64,000 nt of DNA from an uncultured delta proteobacterium (GCA_963808235.1 CAWEEQ010000004.1:2048001-2112000), one strand, 5' to 3'; positions 30,109 through 40,520 are shown, numbered from the stretch's first letter. Program-made: numbers and translations. Notes: a model not told the origin generated them from the sequence alone.

Positions 30109-33100
30109 TAGGTAACCGCATCCTTGCTCAGCATATCGGTGAGCATCGAATTAACTTGCTCCTCCGAAAGCTCGTCGATTTTGGCCAACAAATCCTCGTC
30201 GACAGCACTGCCTTCGCGCGTGCGGGCCACCGGACCAATGGCTGACGGGTGGTCGGCCTCCGCGGTCAGCTGTTCAAAGAGCTGCGTCGCCGCTTGCGCA
30301 ACGCTGAAGCCCTGAAGAAATTTCACCATCGGCACGTTGACGCCCAAATCCGCCGAGATGCGATTTTTCAGCTCGACCGCCATCAACGAATCCAGTCCCA
30401 GGTTGGTCAGGGGTTGCTGTATATCAACTTGCGAGGGCGACAGCCCAAGCACCCGAGCGACTTGTTCGCTTATGTAGGACAGCAGCAACTGAGCCCGCTC
30501 CGCCGGAGCCGCGTCGAGGATCGCGGCGCGTTTTTTTCCCGGAGGAGCTTTCTCCGACGGGCCAGCGGCATCTTCACTAGTAAGGTCAGCGAGCAGCACT
30601 GGCTCGGTACCGGCCGGATAGAACTCGTGGTACTGACGCCAGTTCACTGGAAGCGCGACGACCTGAGTCGCAGTTTCGCGCATCAGGCGGTCCATCACTT
30701 CAAGCGCTCGCATCGGAGGTATGCTCCTGATTCCCAGCAGCGCCAGGCGCCGGGTCAGGCTCCTGCCACCTTCAGTTTCCGCAAATCCCAGCTCGGCCCA
30801 TGCTCCCCAGTTGATGCTTAAGCCTGGAAGGCCTTGGGCCCTTCGATGATGCGCGAGAGCGTCGAGAAAAGCGTTCGCGGCCGCATAATTGCCCTGACCG
30901 GGCTGTCCAATCAGCGAACCCGCGGAAGAGAAGACTACGAAAAAATCCAACGGAGCGTCTCGAAGCAGACGATGAAGGAGCCAGCCGCCAACCATCTTCG
31001 GGCGCAGAACCGTACGCATCGCGGCGGCATCGAGTTGTTGCAATAATCCGTCGTGCAGCACTCCCGCCGCATGAACGACGCCACGAATGGGCGGCCAACC
31101 CTCAGCGCGAAACTTCTCGACAAAAGCACTCATCTGGTTTTCGTCGGCAACATCTGCGGACACCAAATGTACGTCGGCGCCGGATTCTTCGAGTTCCCGA
31201 ATGGCGGCAACTTGTCGAGCTAAGTGACTTCCCGTCTCGAGCGAGCTCCAACTCGAGCGTGGCGGAAGCGTTGTGCGTCCCAGCAGGATCAGGCGGCGAG
31301 CGCCTTGACCTACCATCCAGCGCGCCACCTTCAGGCCGAGGTCTCCAAGACCTCCGGTTATCAGGTAGCTGCCATCGGGGCGCCATCGCAACGGTGTTTC
31401 GGGTACGCTCGATTGACTGCTTCGAGCGAGTCGCGCAACCAGCCGCTGGCCGCTGCGGAATGCGAGCTGATTTTCACCGTCGGGAAGGGAGATTTCCTCC
31501 CACAACTGATGAGCTTCGCTGTTGCCGAGAGAGGTCTCGGGTTCCAGGTCTACCAGCCCTCCCCAAAATGCAGGATGCTCCTGAGCGATAACTCGACCCA
31601 ATCCCCAGAGAGGTGCTTGAACCACGTCGACGGGTAGAGAATCGTCGCCAGCTGACTGAGTTCCGCGAGTGACCAACCATAGGCGAGGTGGCTGGGGCCA
31701 TTGCACGCGCGCCATCTCCTGCATCAATTGTAAAACATTGATGCAGCCGACAGCCTGGGCCGCTTCCATAGAGGCTGCTATGGCATCTTCGGGAAGAGAG
31801 GCATGGAGACTCCACAGATGCACGACTCCACGGCATGCCGGTTGATCCGAATCCATCGCGCTCTCGAAAAGCCGTCTGATGTCTTCCGGATGGTCATGGC
31901 GAATACGAACGTGTCTGCTGTCGATGCGCTCGTATGCGTTGCCGCGCGAGACCAGGATGCCCCTTTCTCCTTGCGCCTCCAGGGTTTGCAGCAACGATTT
32001 TCCAACGCCGTTCCTATCGGCAAAGATCAGCCAGGTTCCTGGACTCGACGGCGACGAGGTATCCGCGGCTATCTCGCTCGCAACGCGATCTTTGCGCTGC
32101 CACTTGAGTTCATAGAGCCAGTCGTCGATATTCTCACTGAGACGGCCGGCATTGTCACCTAGCGATTCGAAGTGTACTCCCAGGATCTCGACAACTAGTT
32201 GCTGAGCTTCATCCAGGAGTCTCAGTTCTCCAACGATCCCGCGAGCGTCCTCGTCGAGAACACGCGCACGACACCACAGATGTGCCCCGGGGCGGCTATG
32301 GACTCGAATCTCACCGATGCGGGTTGGTATGTAGATGCCTTGTTTGCCGATTCTCTTTGCCTCTGTTGCTACGGCTGCGCCGAGAACCTGCAGGCATCCA
32401 TCTAGAACCGCGGGATGAAGTTGATAGCTATCGAAGTCACCTTCTTGATCACTTGTAATGCGCAGCTCACCGAGGACGCTCTTATTGTCCACCCACAACT
32501 GAGTGACGCTCTGGAAAAAAGGTCCGTACTGGATCGCATTTTCGCCAAGCTGCCGATAGTAGTCGGGGCCCGAAATCTTCTCGGAGGATCGAAGCTGCAC
32601 GTCTGCCAGCGACTCTTCTTCCACGACTGGTAGTAAGCCGGACACCTTTCGAGGTGAAACTTTCCCCGACGCATGCAGAGTCCATGACTTAGGTGGCTGC
32701 TCCGTTGCGGTGGAAGAACTGTAGATTTGAAATGACGCCGCTCCGTCCGCGCCGGGAGCAACGATTACCTGAAGCTTTGCGTGCGCGCTTTCCGGGATGA
32801 AGAGCGCCCGGTGAAATTCGACATCCGCCAGCGCGATCGATCGCGTCCCGACCGCCTCCTGCGCAGCGGCCGATGCTATCTCGACATAGACCGACGCCGG
32901 CAAGGCCGCGACTCCCTCGATTCGATGGTCATCCAGATAAGGCAGCGCCTCCTTATCCACCCTGATTTCCCAATAATCGGCTCCGCCCGACTCTGCCGAT
33001 TTGAAATGGCGGCCGAGCAGAGAATGTCCCGTTCCCGAATGAGTTGGCGTAGGTTCCGAGCGATAGTTGCTGTCAGCTCCTGCTTCTAACCAGCAGCGCT

Positions 33101-36071
33101 GACGCTGCCACGGGTACGAGGACAGCCGGACATTCGAACCGTGCTCAGGGTAGATGCGGTTCCAGTCCATCGGATATCCCGAGCTATAGAGAGCACCTAG
33201 CGACCTCATCATCGCCGTGTGCTCGTTCTCCTCGCGCCGGATGGAAGGAAGCACCGCGCCTTCTATCTTCGCGTGATGAAGCCCTTGCTGAATTCCGCTG
33301 AGCAGGATTGGATGCGCGCTGATCTCTAAGAAGGTGTCGAAGCCATCTTCCAACAGCCGTTGAATCGATCCTGAAAAGAGCACCGGCTCTCTTAAATTGC
33401 GCGCCCAGTAGTGCGCATCGAATTCCGATCCGTCGGCGACGGAACTCAGCACTGTCGAGTAAATCGGCACCGTCGCCAGCTGAGGCCGCACCTCTTCGAG
33501 CGCCTCCAACAACTCGCCGCGGAGCGGATCCATCTGCGGACTATGCGACGCGAAATCCACCTTCACCATCCGGCAGAAGACGTCGCGCGCTTGAAGCTGT
33601 TCGAGTATTGTTGCCAGCGCCGCCGGATCGCCCGAGAGCACCGTCGATGTGGGGCTGGTACTGACCGCGATCGAGACGCGATCTTCGTAGCCCGCGATCG
33701 CGCGGCGCGCCTCTTCGATCGAAACCTCGATCGACGCCATCGCTCCTTTCCCGACGGTGCGCTTGACCAACTTGCTGCGCATGCAAATGATCAGCGCCGC
33801 ATCGCTAAGACTGAGCGCGCCGCCAACGTACGCAGCCGCGACCTCACCCATGCTATGCCCCACGACCGCATCTGGTTCGATTCCCCATGAGCGCCATACG
33901 GCTGCGAGCGCGACCTGGATCGCGAATAGTGCCGGCTGGATCACGTCAACTTCGTTCAGCCGCGATTGCTCCGTATCGGTGCCGGCGAGCTCCGCGATCA
34001 ACGACCAATCGGTATGCGGCCTGAGCGCCAGCTCGCATCGCTCGATCACCTCGCGAAAGACAGGTTCATCGTGCAGCAGCGTCCGGCCCATCCCGAACCA
34101 TTGCGAGCCTTGTCCGGAAAAAACAAAAGCCACTTTTCCGCGGATGCCGAGAGCTTTGCGCCCGGACGAGAGACCGGCGCGAGTCTCTCCCTTCAGGAAA
34201 GCCTCCAGACCTTCGCTGAGTTGTTGCGACGAATCGCCGGTCACAGTCAAGCGATAGTCGTGATGGCTGCGGCGCGCGCTCGCGCCGTAACAAATGTCGT
34301 GCAGCGATGAGTCGGTGTTCGCCAAAAATTGCTGGGTGATTCGCGCGACGGCTTGAAGAGCCTCGGGACTGCGCGCCGAAAGCGGCAGAAGGTAGCACGA
34401 CTTACTATGGGCAGCTACGCAACTCTTACTTCGCGACTCGGGCGCCTGCTGTAGGACCACGTGAGCGTTGGTGCCGCCAAAACCGAACGAACTGACTCCC
34501 GCCAAAGCTGGCCCGCCATCCATAGACCACGGACCGGGCTTGGTCTGCACGCGGATCGGGAGCTCGTCGAAAGGTATATGAGGATTGGGCTCCTGAAAGT
34601 GCAGGCTCGCCGGAATCTCCGAGTGCTTGAGCGCGAGCGCTACTTTTATCAGCCCGGCGACGCCGGCGGCCGCTTCGCAGTGCCCGATATTCGTTTTCAC
34701 CGAGCCGATCGCGCAAAGCCGTCCGGGCTCACGACCGTCGGCCAGCACCCTGCCGAGTGCTCTTGCCTCGATTGGATCGCCGAGCAGAGTGCCGGTGCCG
34801 TGCGCCTCGACGTATTGAACGTCGCCGGGCGAAACGTCCGCTCTTCGATATGCTTCACGCAAGACCGCTTCCTGCGCGAGCGGATTTGGCGCCATCAGGC
34901 CGTTGCTGCGTCCGTCCTGGTTCACCGCGCTGCCCCGGATGACGGCGTAAATTGGATCGTGGTCCGCAAGCGCGCGGGACAGCGGCTTCAGCGCGACCAG
35001 GCCGGCGCCTTCGCTACGAACGTATCCGTTGGCGCCACTATCGAAGGTCTTGCAGCGCCCATCGGGCGCCATGACTCCGGCCTTGGTGAAATTCATCGTG
35101 ATCGCCGGCGACAGGATCAGGTTCACGCCTCCAGCCAACGCGAGCGTCGATTCCCCGTTGCGCAGACTGGTGCAGGCCAGGTGGACTGCGACCAGCGACG
35201 ACGAGCAGGCCGTGTCGATCGCGATACTCGGTCCGCGAAAATCCAGCAGGTACGAGATCCGGTTGGCCGCGATACTGAGCGCGTTGCCGGTTCCCGCGTA
35301 CGCGTCGATCCGGCAGAAGTCGCCGAACTGAGTCCGGCCGTAATCGTTATTCGAGATTCCGACGAAGACGCCGACTTGTCCACCCGCGAGCTTCTCGGGC
35401 GCCTGCCCCGCATCTTCGAGCGCCTCCCAAGCTACTTCGAGCAGGAGGCGTTGCTGCGGATCCATCCGCGCCGCCTCGCGTGGCGAGATCCCGAAGAACT
35501 GGGGATCGAACTGATCGACCTGCTCGACGAAGCCGCCCCATCGCGTGTTTATCTTGCCGGGGCGTTTTGGATCCGGATCGTAAACCTCTTCGAGATCGTA
35601 GCGGTCGGCCGGGACTTCCGTGATTGCGTCCACACCGTCGCGGATTGAATTCCAGAATTCCTGCGGACCACTGCTGCCGGGAAAACGGCATCCGATTCCG
35701 ATGATCGCGATTGGCTCGGATTCATTCTGATGTTGAGGGTCAGGTCCGGTACTTGAACCCGATTCATCCGCCGACCCGCTCAAATGCCGAGCGAGAGTTT
35801 CGATCGTGGGAAACTCGTAAGCCAGATCGGCGGGGACCTTTTGTCCCAGCCAGTCTCCGAGTTCTCCCGAGAGGCTGACCGCCTCCGTCGAACCCATCCC
35901 GTAGCTCGCGAATGGTTCCCGGACGTTTATCTCACGAGGATCGACTCCAAGCAGGTTCGAGAGCTTCTCGACCAGCCATCGTTCGATAACTTCTGCGCCG
36001 TAGGTGTCCAATTGACAACTCTCCCGTGCCACGGCTTCGCTAAATCGCGGCTGGCTTCGCTGAATCGCCAC
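30108..36071 (-). CDS. Type I PKS: ACP-KS-AT-DH-KR-ACP
   Basis: N-terminal ACP (YGMGSTEAV), KS DTACSSS/HGTGT/NIGH, AT GHSMG...VDFASHS, DH HRIEGVAALP...HPAVLD, KR GGLGDLG...YAAAN, ACP GLDSL. Confidence 0.96.
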   Translation of the reverse strand: MAIQRSQPRFSEAVARESCQLDTYGAEVIERWLVEKLSNLLGVDPREINVREPFASYGMGSTEAVSLSGELGDWLGQKVPADLAYEFPTIETLARHLSGSADESGSSTGPDPQHQNESEPIAIIGIGCRFPGSSGPQEFWNSIRDGVDAITEVPADRYDLEEVYDPDPKRPGKINTRWGGFVEQVDQFDPQFFGISPREAARMDPQQRLLLEVAWEALEDAGQAPEKLAGGQVGVFVGISNNDYGRTQFGDFCRIDAYAGTGNALSIAANRISYLLDFRGPSIAIDTACSSSLVAVHLACTSLRNGESTLALAGGVNLILSPAITMNFTKAGVMAPDGRCKTFDSGANGYVRSEGAGLVALKPLSRALADHDPIYAVIRGSAVNQDGRSNGLMAPNPLAQEAVLREAYRRADVSPGDVQYVEAHGTGTLLGDPIEARALGRVLADGREPGRLCAIGSVKTNIGHCEAAAGVAGLIKVALALKHSEIPASLHFQEPNPHIPFDELPIRVQTKPGPWSMDGGPALAGVSSFGFGGTNAHVVLQQAPESRSKSCVAAHSKSCYLLPLSARSPEALQAVARITQQFLANTDSSLHDICYGASARRSHHDYRLTVTGDSSQQLSEGLEAFLKGETRAGLSSGRKALGIRGKVAFVFSGQGSQWFGMGRTLLHDEPVFREVIERCELALRPHTDWSLIAELAGTDTEQSRLNEVDVIQPALFAIQVALAAVWRSWGIEPDAVVGHSMGEVAAAYVGGALSLSDAALIICMRSKLVKRTVGKGAMASIEVSIEEARRAIAGYEDRVSIAVSTSPTSTVLSGDPAALATILEQLQARDVFCRMVKVDFASHSPQMDPLRGELLEALEEVRPQLATVPIYSTVLSSVADGSEFDAHYWARNLREPVLFSGSIQRLLEDGFDTFLEISAHPILLSGIQQGLHHAKIEGAVLPSIRREENEHTAMMRSLGALYSSGYPMDWNRIYPEHGSNVRLSSYPWQRQRCWLEAGADSNYRSEPTPTHSGTGHSLLGRHFKSAESGGADYWEIRVDKEALPYLDDHRIEGVAALPASVYVEIASAAAQEAVGTRSIALADVEFHRALFIPESAHAKLQVIVAPGADGAASFQIYSSSTATEQPPKSWTLHASGKVSPRKVSGLLPVVEEESLADVQLRSSEKISGPDYYRQLGENAIQYGPFFQSVTQLWVDNKSVLGELRITSDQEGDFDSYQLHPAVLDGCLQVLGAAVATEAKRIGKQGIYIPTRIGEIRVHSRPGAHLWCRARVLDEDARGIVGELRLLDEAQQLVVEILGVHFESLGDNAGRLSENIDDWLYELKWQRKDRVASEIAADTSSPSSPGTWLIFADRNGVGKSLLQTLEAQGERGILVSRGNAYERIDSRHVRIRHDHPEDIRRLFESAMDSDQPACRGVVHLWSLHASLPEDAIAASMEAAQAVGCINVLQLMQEMARVQWPQPPRLWLVTRGTQSAGDDSLPVDVVQAPLWGLGRVIAQEHPAFWGGLVDLEPETSLGNSEAHQLWEEISLPDGENQLAFRSGQRLVARLARSSQSSVPETPLRWRPDGSYLITGGLGDLGLKVARWMVGQGARRLILLGRTTLPPRSSWSSLETGSHLARQVAAIRELEESGADVHLVSADVADENQMSAFVEKFRAEGWPPIRGVVHAAGVLHDGLLQQLDAAAMRTVLRPKMVGGWLLHRLLRDAPLDFFVVFSSAGSLIGQPGQGNYAAANAFLDALAHHRRAQGLPGLSINWGAWAELGFAETEGGRSLTRRLALLGIRSIPPMRALEVMDRLMRETATQVVALPVNWRQYHEFYPAGTEPVLLADLTSEDAAGPSEKAPPGKKRAAILDAAPAERAQLLLSYISEQVARVLGLSPSQVDIQQPLTNLGLDSLMAVELKNRISADLGVNVPMVKFLQGFSVAQAATQLFEQLTAEADHPSAIGPVARTREGSAVDEDLLAKIDELSEEQVNSMLTDMLSKDAVT

Positions 36072-37935
36072 TCATGAGATGCTCAGCCTTGGCTGGAACC
36101 TCAATCCTCATCAGCGTTCCCTCCAGAAAACCGGCCTGGCATGCGCGGCGCTGTAGCTTGCCGCTGGAAGTCTTCGGAATGCTGCCCGCTCGCAGTAGCA
36201 GAACGGCGTGCACTCTCACGTCATGTTCTTCGGCAACCGCCCGCCGGATAGCACGAATCATAGCTTCGACATCGAGCGGCAGACGTCCGTTGGAATGCAG
36301 GTGGGTGGTTCCGTTCCCGTTTCCATTCCCGTTCCCATGGCCATTGCCATTGCCGTTGCCATTGCCAGGATGGCTATTCGACGCATAGCGGGGTTCCACT
36401 TCGGCGGCGACGATCAGGCGTTCTTCGTCCGCGACCTCAACCGAAAACGCTGCGCAACAAGCCGGCCGCACTGCCGGATGACTCTGCTGCACGGTCAGTT
36501 CAATTTCTTGCGGATAGAGATTGCGGCCGTCGATGATAATCAAATCCTTCAAGCGCCCGGTAACAAACAACTCTCCATCGCCGAGGAATCCCAAGTCGCC
36601 GGTGCGCAGAAACGGCCCTTCGTCGGTATCAGCAAGATAGGAACCGAAAGTGAGTTCCGATTCCTGAGGCAGATTCCAATAGCCCGGGGCTACGCTCGGA
36701 GCAGACACCCAGATTTCGCCGACCTCATCGGAGGCACACGCGGTCAACGACTCAGGATTGACGATAACGATTCTAGTGTCCTCGACCGCATGACCGCATC
36801 CCACAAGGGTGCGGACGTTAACCTGCGGGTCGGAGATCTGCGCAACGGTGTTGCGGTTGTGTTCGAGCGATGACACCTGCATCGTGCGCAGAATAGGAGC
36901 AGTTTTCACCTGTCCGCCCGAAACCAGCAGCGTGGCTTCGGCGAGTCCATAACATGGATAGAACGCGCTCTCCTGAAATCCACACGGCGTAAAGGCCGCT
37001 GCAAATCGTTTCAAAGTATCCGCACGGACTGGCTCGGCGCCATTATAGGCTAGAGTCCAATGACTTAGGTCGAGACCTTCGCGTTGCTCCGCAGTGATCT
37101 TGCGAGCGCACAATTCATAGGAGAAGTTGGGGCCGCCACTTATATTGGCTTTGTAGCGCGAAATAGCCTGAAGCCAGCGCACCGGACGCTGAAGAAAGGC
37201 CTGTGGAGGCATCAGAACGCATCCACGTCCTCCATACATAGGCTGGATGATTCCGTTGGTAAGTCCCATGTCATGGAAAACTGGCAGCCACATGACTGAT
37301 ACGGCATCGGATGCAATCTCGAACGCGCGGCTGATATGCGAGGAATTGGCGAGCAGGTTCGCGTGAGTGATCATCACGCCCCGGGGAATCGCAGTCGAGC
37401 CCGAAGTGTACTGGATCAATGCCAGCGTATTCGCGCCCACCTGATCGTCGTGCCACTCACTGGCCGCCGCACTGTCCACTACCTTGTCGGTAGCCAGCCA
37501 GCGAAGGTCTCTGAGACCCGGAGCCTGCTTGAACAGACACTCGACCTTGGCCAGAATCGCCGACGTGGTCAGCACCAGCGTCGGCTGAGCATCCTTTGCG
37601 ACAGTGCGGAACCTTGGCAGAGTCCGCTGCGGCTGGGCCATATTCGGCGGCGGCAGAGGGACCGCAATGACTCCGCCGTATAAGCAGCCGAAGAAAGCGG
37701 AGATAAACTCGAGGCCGGCTGGATACAGTAATAGGGCCCGCTCACCGCTCGCCTTGTAGCTCTGGAGGAGCGCACCTATCGCTCGTGCCTGCGAGTCCAA
37801 AGCCTCGTACGTCAGATCCGCGCCTTCGGTTTCTCCATCGACCAGATAAGTGTAGACGCGGTGCTCTGGCTGCTCGAACGCCCGCCATCGAAGCAGTTCG
37901 ACAAGGCTGGAAATATCTGAGCGAGTTCGATTCAC
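36040..37935 (-). CDS. Fatty acyl-AMP ligase (FAAL)
   Basis: LIQYTSGST, WLPVFHDMGL, SGGPNFSY, NGAEPVR, PCYGLAEATL, FLRTGDLGF, GRLKDLII, IPKTSSGKLQR. Likely GTG start at 37935 (ORF track uses TTG 37983). Confidence 0.93.
   Translation of the reverse strand: MNRTRSDISSLVELLRWRAFEQPEHRVYTYLVDGETEGADLTYEALDSQARAIGALLQSYKASGERALLLYPAGLEFISAFFGCLYGGVIAVPLPPPNMAQPQRTLPRFRTVAKDAQPTLVLTTSAILAKVECLFKQAPGLRDLRWLATDKVVDSAAASEWHDDQVGANTLALIQYTSGSTAIPRGVMITHANLLANSSHISRAFEIASDAVSVMWLPVFHDMGLTNGIIQPMYGGRGCVLMPPQAFLQRPVRWLQAISRYKANISGGPNFSYELCARKITAEQREGLDLSHWTLAYNGAEPVRADTLKRFAAAFTPCGFQESAFYPCYGLAEATLLVSGGQVKTAPILRTMQVSSLEHNRNTVAQISDPQVNVRTLVGCGHAVEDTRIVIVNPESLTACASDEVGEIWVSAPSVAPGYWNLPQESELTFGSYLADTDEGPFLRTGDLGFLGDGELFVTGRLKDLIIIDGRNLYPQEIELTVQQSHPAVRPACCAAFSVEVADEERLIVAAEVEPRYASNSHPGNGNGNGNGHGNGNGNGNGTTHLHSNGRLPLDVEAMIRAIRRAVAEEHDVRVHAVLLLRAGSIPKTSSGKLQRRACQAGFLEGTLMRIEVPAKAEHLMSGDSAKPAAI
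36310..36366 (-). repeat. In-frame hexamer-like repeat encoding (GN)4-GH-(GN)3-G-like tract in the FAAL
   Basis: GGCAAT/GGCAAC/GGGAAC units encoding a Gly-Asn run with one Gly-His. Confidence 0.85.
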
Positions 37936-38405
37936 CGTTGCTGACCCTTGTGTACTAGATAGACACCGCGCATATTCGTGCAATTACACGACCATGAGCT
38001 CGAGAGAACTGTCGCTATTACGATGATTCGGTTCCGCCCGCGACAGAATGAGGCGGATCTCATGAGAGCCTCTACGGCCTTCGTTTATAAGTGGTTTGGG
38101 TTGGTCGGCGGAAAGTGGTCGAAGGCGAGAGGAAGGCCCACAGTCAGACCGGATCAAAGTCGGACCCGATTCCATATGTCGGTCCAGACCATTTCAGTCT
38201 GGGCGCGGCCACTGGAGGGGTCAAGGCAAGCGCACGATCGGCACGAAATTTACGTTCCTTGGAGAACAAGATAAATTCCAGCCGGGTAACATTCTGATTT
38301 CTCGACGCAATCGCAAGGTGACCTTTGTCGGGATTGCTGTAATGTAGTACCGAGAACTCTCTTCACGAACCCACCGCGGCCGCGCGGAGCGAGGTCCGTA
38401 TCAAT

Positions 38406-39644
38406 ATGACTATCGCCCTCAAAGCCGCGCGAATCTTTGACGGCAAATCGGATCGGATTGAAACAGGCGGTACCGTCCTGGTCGAAGGGGAATCGATCGC
38501 CGCTTGCGGACCGAACCTGCGAGTCCCGGCCGGCGCCGAACTGATCGATTTCGGCGACGCCACGCTATGCCCCGGTTTCATCGACGCGCACACTCATCTG
38601 ACAGTTGGAGTGAAGTCCTATAACGAGTTCTTCATCGATCGCTTCCGGCATCACGTCGCAGAAAAAGCGTACGCAGCCGCGGTCTATGCCCGAGTCACTC
38701 TGGACGGCGGCTTCACGACGGTGCGCGATGTCGGATGTCTTTATCCAGCCAGCTTTATCGATGTGAGCCTGCGCAATGCGATCGCCAAGGGGCTACTCCT
38801 GGGGCCCCGGATGCTGGTGGCTATCAATCTGATCGGCGCGACCGGAGGGCATTCCGATCGCAATGCGGGGCTCCACTTCCACGCCACGGGCAGAGAGCCT
38901 GACTATACTGATGGCATCGCGGACAGCCCGGCCGACCTGCGCAAAGCGGTTCGCTTCAACGTGAAGTATGGCGCCGATTTCATTAAATTCTGCGCCTCGG
39001 GCGGCGTGATGTCACTGGCCGATGAGGTCGACACGCCGCAGCTCACGCTCGATGAGATGACCGCGGTGGTGGATGAGTCGCATCGATTACGCAAACGGGT
39101 CGCGGTCCATTGTCATGGCGATTCCGCGGCTCGCGACGCTATCAGAGCGGGCGTCGACTCTATCGAGCATGGAACTTTTCTGCGCGATGAAACTCTCGAA
39201 GCGATGAAAGCGAGCGGGGTTTACCTGGTGCCCACGCTGCTGGTTCAGCATCAACTCGGGCGAGGATTGGACAGGATGCCACCGGAGCTGGCCGTCAAGG
39301 CACGCGAGGTAGTCGAGGCGGCGCCTGCGATGGTCAGGCGCGCGCTCGCGATCGGAGTTAAGATCGCGCTTGGCACCGATTCCGGCGTTTGCCGCCATGG
39401 CATAAACGCCCGCGAGATGGGGCTCCTGGTGAATGCCGGAATGAGTCCGATCGCCGCACTCAAGAGCGCCACCTCGGTGAATGCGGAGCTGCTTGGTCTC
39501 GCAAGCAAAATCGGAACACTGGAAGCGGGCAAACGCGCCGATGTAATCGCGGTGCCGGGCAACCCCGCGGAAGATATCAGCGTCACCGAAAAGGTGATGT
39601 TTGTAATGAAGGACGGCAAAGTTTTCAGGCACGCCGATCGCTGA
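38406..39644 (+). CDS. Metal-dependent amidohydrolase (Xaa-Pro dipeptidase-like subgroup)
   Basis: PGFIDAHTH, GFTTVRD, GGHSD, IKFCASGG, VAVHCHG, SIEHG, GTDSG, GKRADVIAV. Confidence 0.9.
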   Translation: MTIALKAARIFDGKSDRIETGGTVLVEGESIAACGPNLRVPAGAELIDFGDATLCPGFIDAHTHLTVGVKSYNEFFIDRFRHHVAEKAYAAAVYARVTLDGGFTTVRDVGCLYPASFIDVSLRNAIAKGLLLGPRMLVAINLIGATGGHSDRNAGLHFHATGREPDYTDGIADSPADLRKAVRFNVKYGADFIKFCASGGVMSLADEVDTPQLTLDEMTAVVDESHRLRKRVAVHCHGDSAARDAIRAGVDSIEHGTFLRDETLEAMKASGVYLVPTLLVQHQLGRGLDRMPPELAVKAREVVEAAPAMVRRALAIGVKIALGTDSGVCRHGINAREMGLLVNAGMSPIAALKSATSVNAELLGLASKIGTLEAGKRADVIAVPGNPAEDISVTEKVMFVMKDGKVFRHADR

Positions 39645-39655
39645 GGTAATCCCAA

Positions 39656-40504
39656 ATGCGGGTTGATATAAGCGGGTGCCGGCTGTTCTTCAACGTCGAG
39701 GGGGCAAAGTTGCGGCCCGACGGACCGCGGATGCGCGAGGTGCCGACGCTTCTTTTATTGCACGGTGGCCCCGGCGCCGATCATTCGATCTTCAAACCCG
39801 CTTACTCGCAGCTCGCCGACCTCGTGCAAGTCGTTTATTTCGACCATCGCGGCGACGGCCGCAGCGACGGTCGCGACGACTCCGCGCGATGGAGACTTTC
39901 CCAGTGGGGCGATGACGTGAAGGCGCTTTGCGACGCGCTCGAGATAGAACGGCCAATGGTCATGGGCGTGTCGTTCGGCGGCTACGTTGCGATGTCCTAT
40001 GCGCTGCGCCATCCGAGGCATCCCGCAAAGCTGATTCTTTGCAGCACAGCCGCATCGCCCAGCAAGAAACAGCTACAGGTCGAAGTGTTCGCAAGGCTCG
40101 GTGGAGCAGAGGCCGGTGCGGCAGCAAAAGCTTTCATCGAGGATCCCACCCCGCAGGCGACGCGCGAGTTCTGGCGCTTATGCGCCCCTCTTTATCGCCG
40201 CACTCCCCACGACCCGAATAGCGATGCTCGCACCATATGGAATCCGCGCTTGATGGCAGAGTTTCGGCGCGGCGAAAGAGAGACGATGAACTTCCTTTCC
40301 GACTTGCATCAGATCAAGTGTCCGACACTGGTGATGGTAGGGGAGGACGACCCGATGACGCCGGTGCCGTGCTCCGAGGAAATCGTAGCGGCGCTGCCAT
40401 CGGACCTCGTCCGCTTCGAACGATTTGTCGGCGCCGGCCACGGTATCGTCGCCGATCAGCCTGCTCGATTTTTCGAGGTACTCCGCAAGTTCATAGCCAC
40501 GTGA
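39656..40504 (+). CDS. Alpha/beta hydrolase (proline iminopeptidase-like)
   Basis: LLHGGPG, DHRGDGRS, GVSFGG, GEDDP, AGHG. Confidence 0.87.
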   Translation: MRVDISGCRLFFNVEGAKLRPDGPRMREVPTLLLLHGGPGADHSIFKPAYSQLADLVQVVYFDHRGDGRSDGRDDSARWRLSQWGDDVKALCDALEIERPMVMGVSFGGYVAMSYALRHPRHPAKLILCSTAASPSKKQLQVEVFARLGGAEAGAAAKAFIEDPTPQATREFWRLCAPLYRRTPHDPNSDARTIWNPRLMAEFRRGERETMNFLSDLHQIKCPTLVMVGEDDPMTPVPCSEEIVAALPSDLVRFERFVGAGHGIVADQPARFFEVLRKFIAT

Positions 40505-40520
40505 GCGCGATGCACAACGC

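Noticed and set aside
38238-38254. Sigma54-like GGCACGAAATTTAC upstream of the amidohydrolase
   Set aside because: The -12 GC dinucleotide is AC, so it fails the near-invariant consensus.
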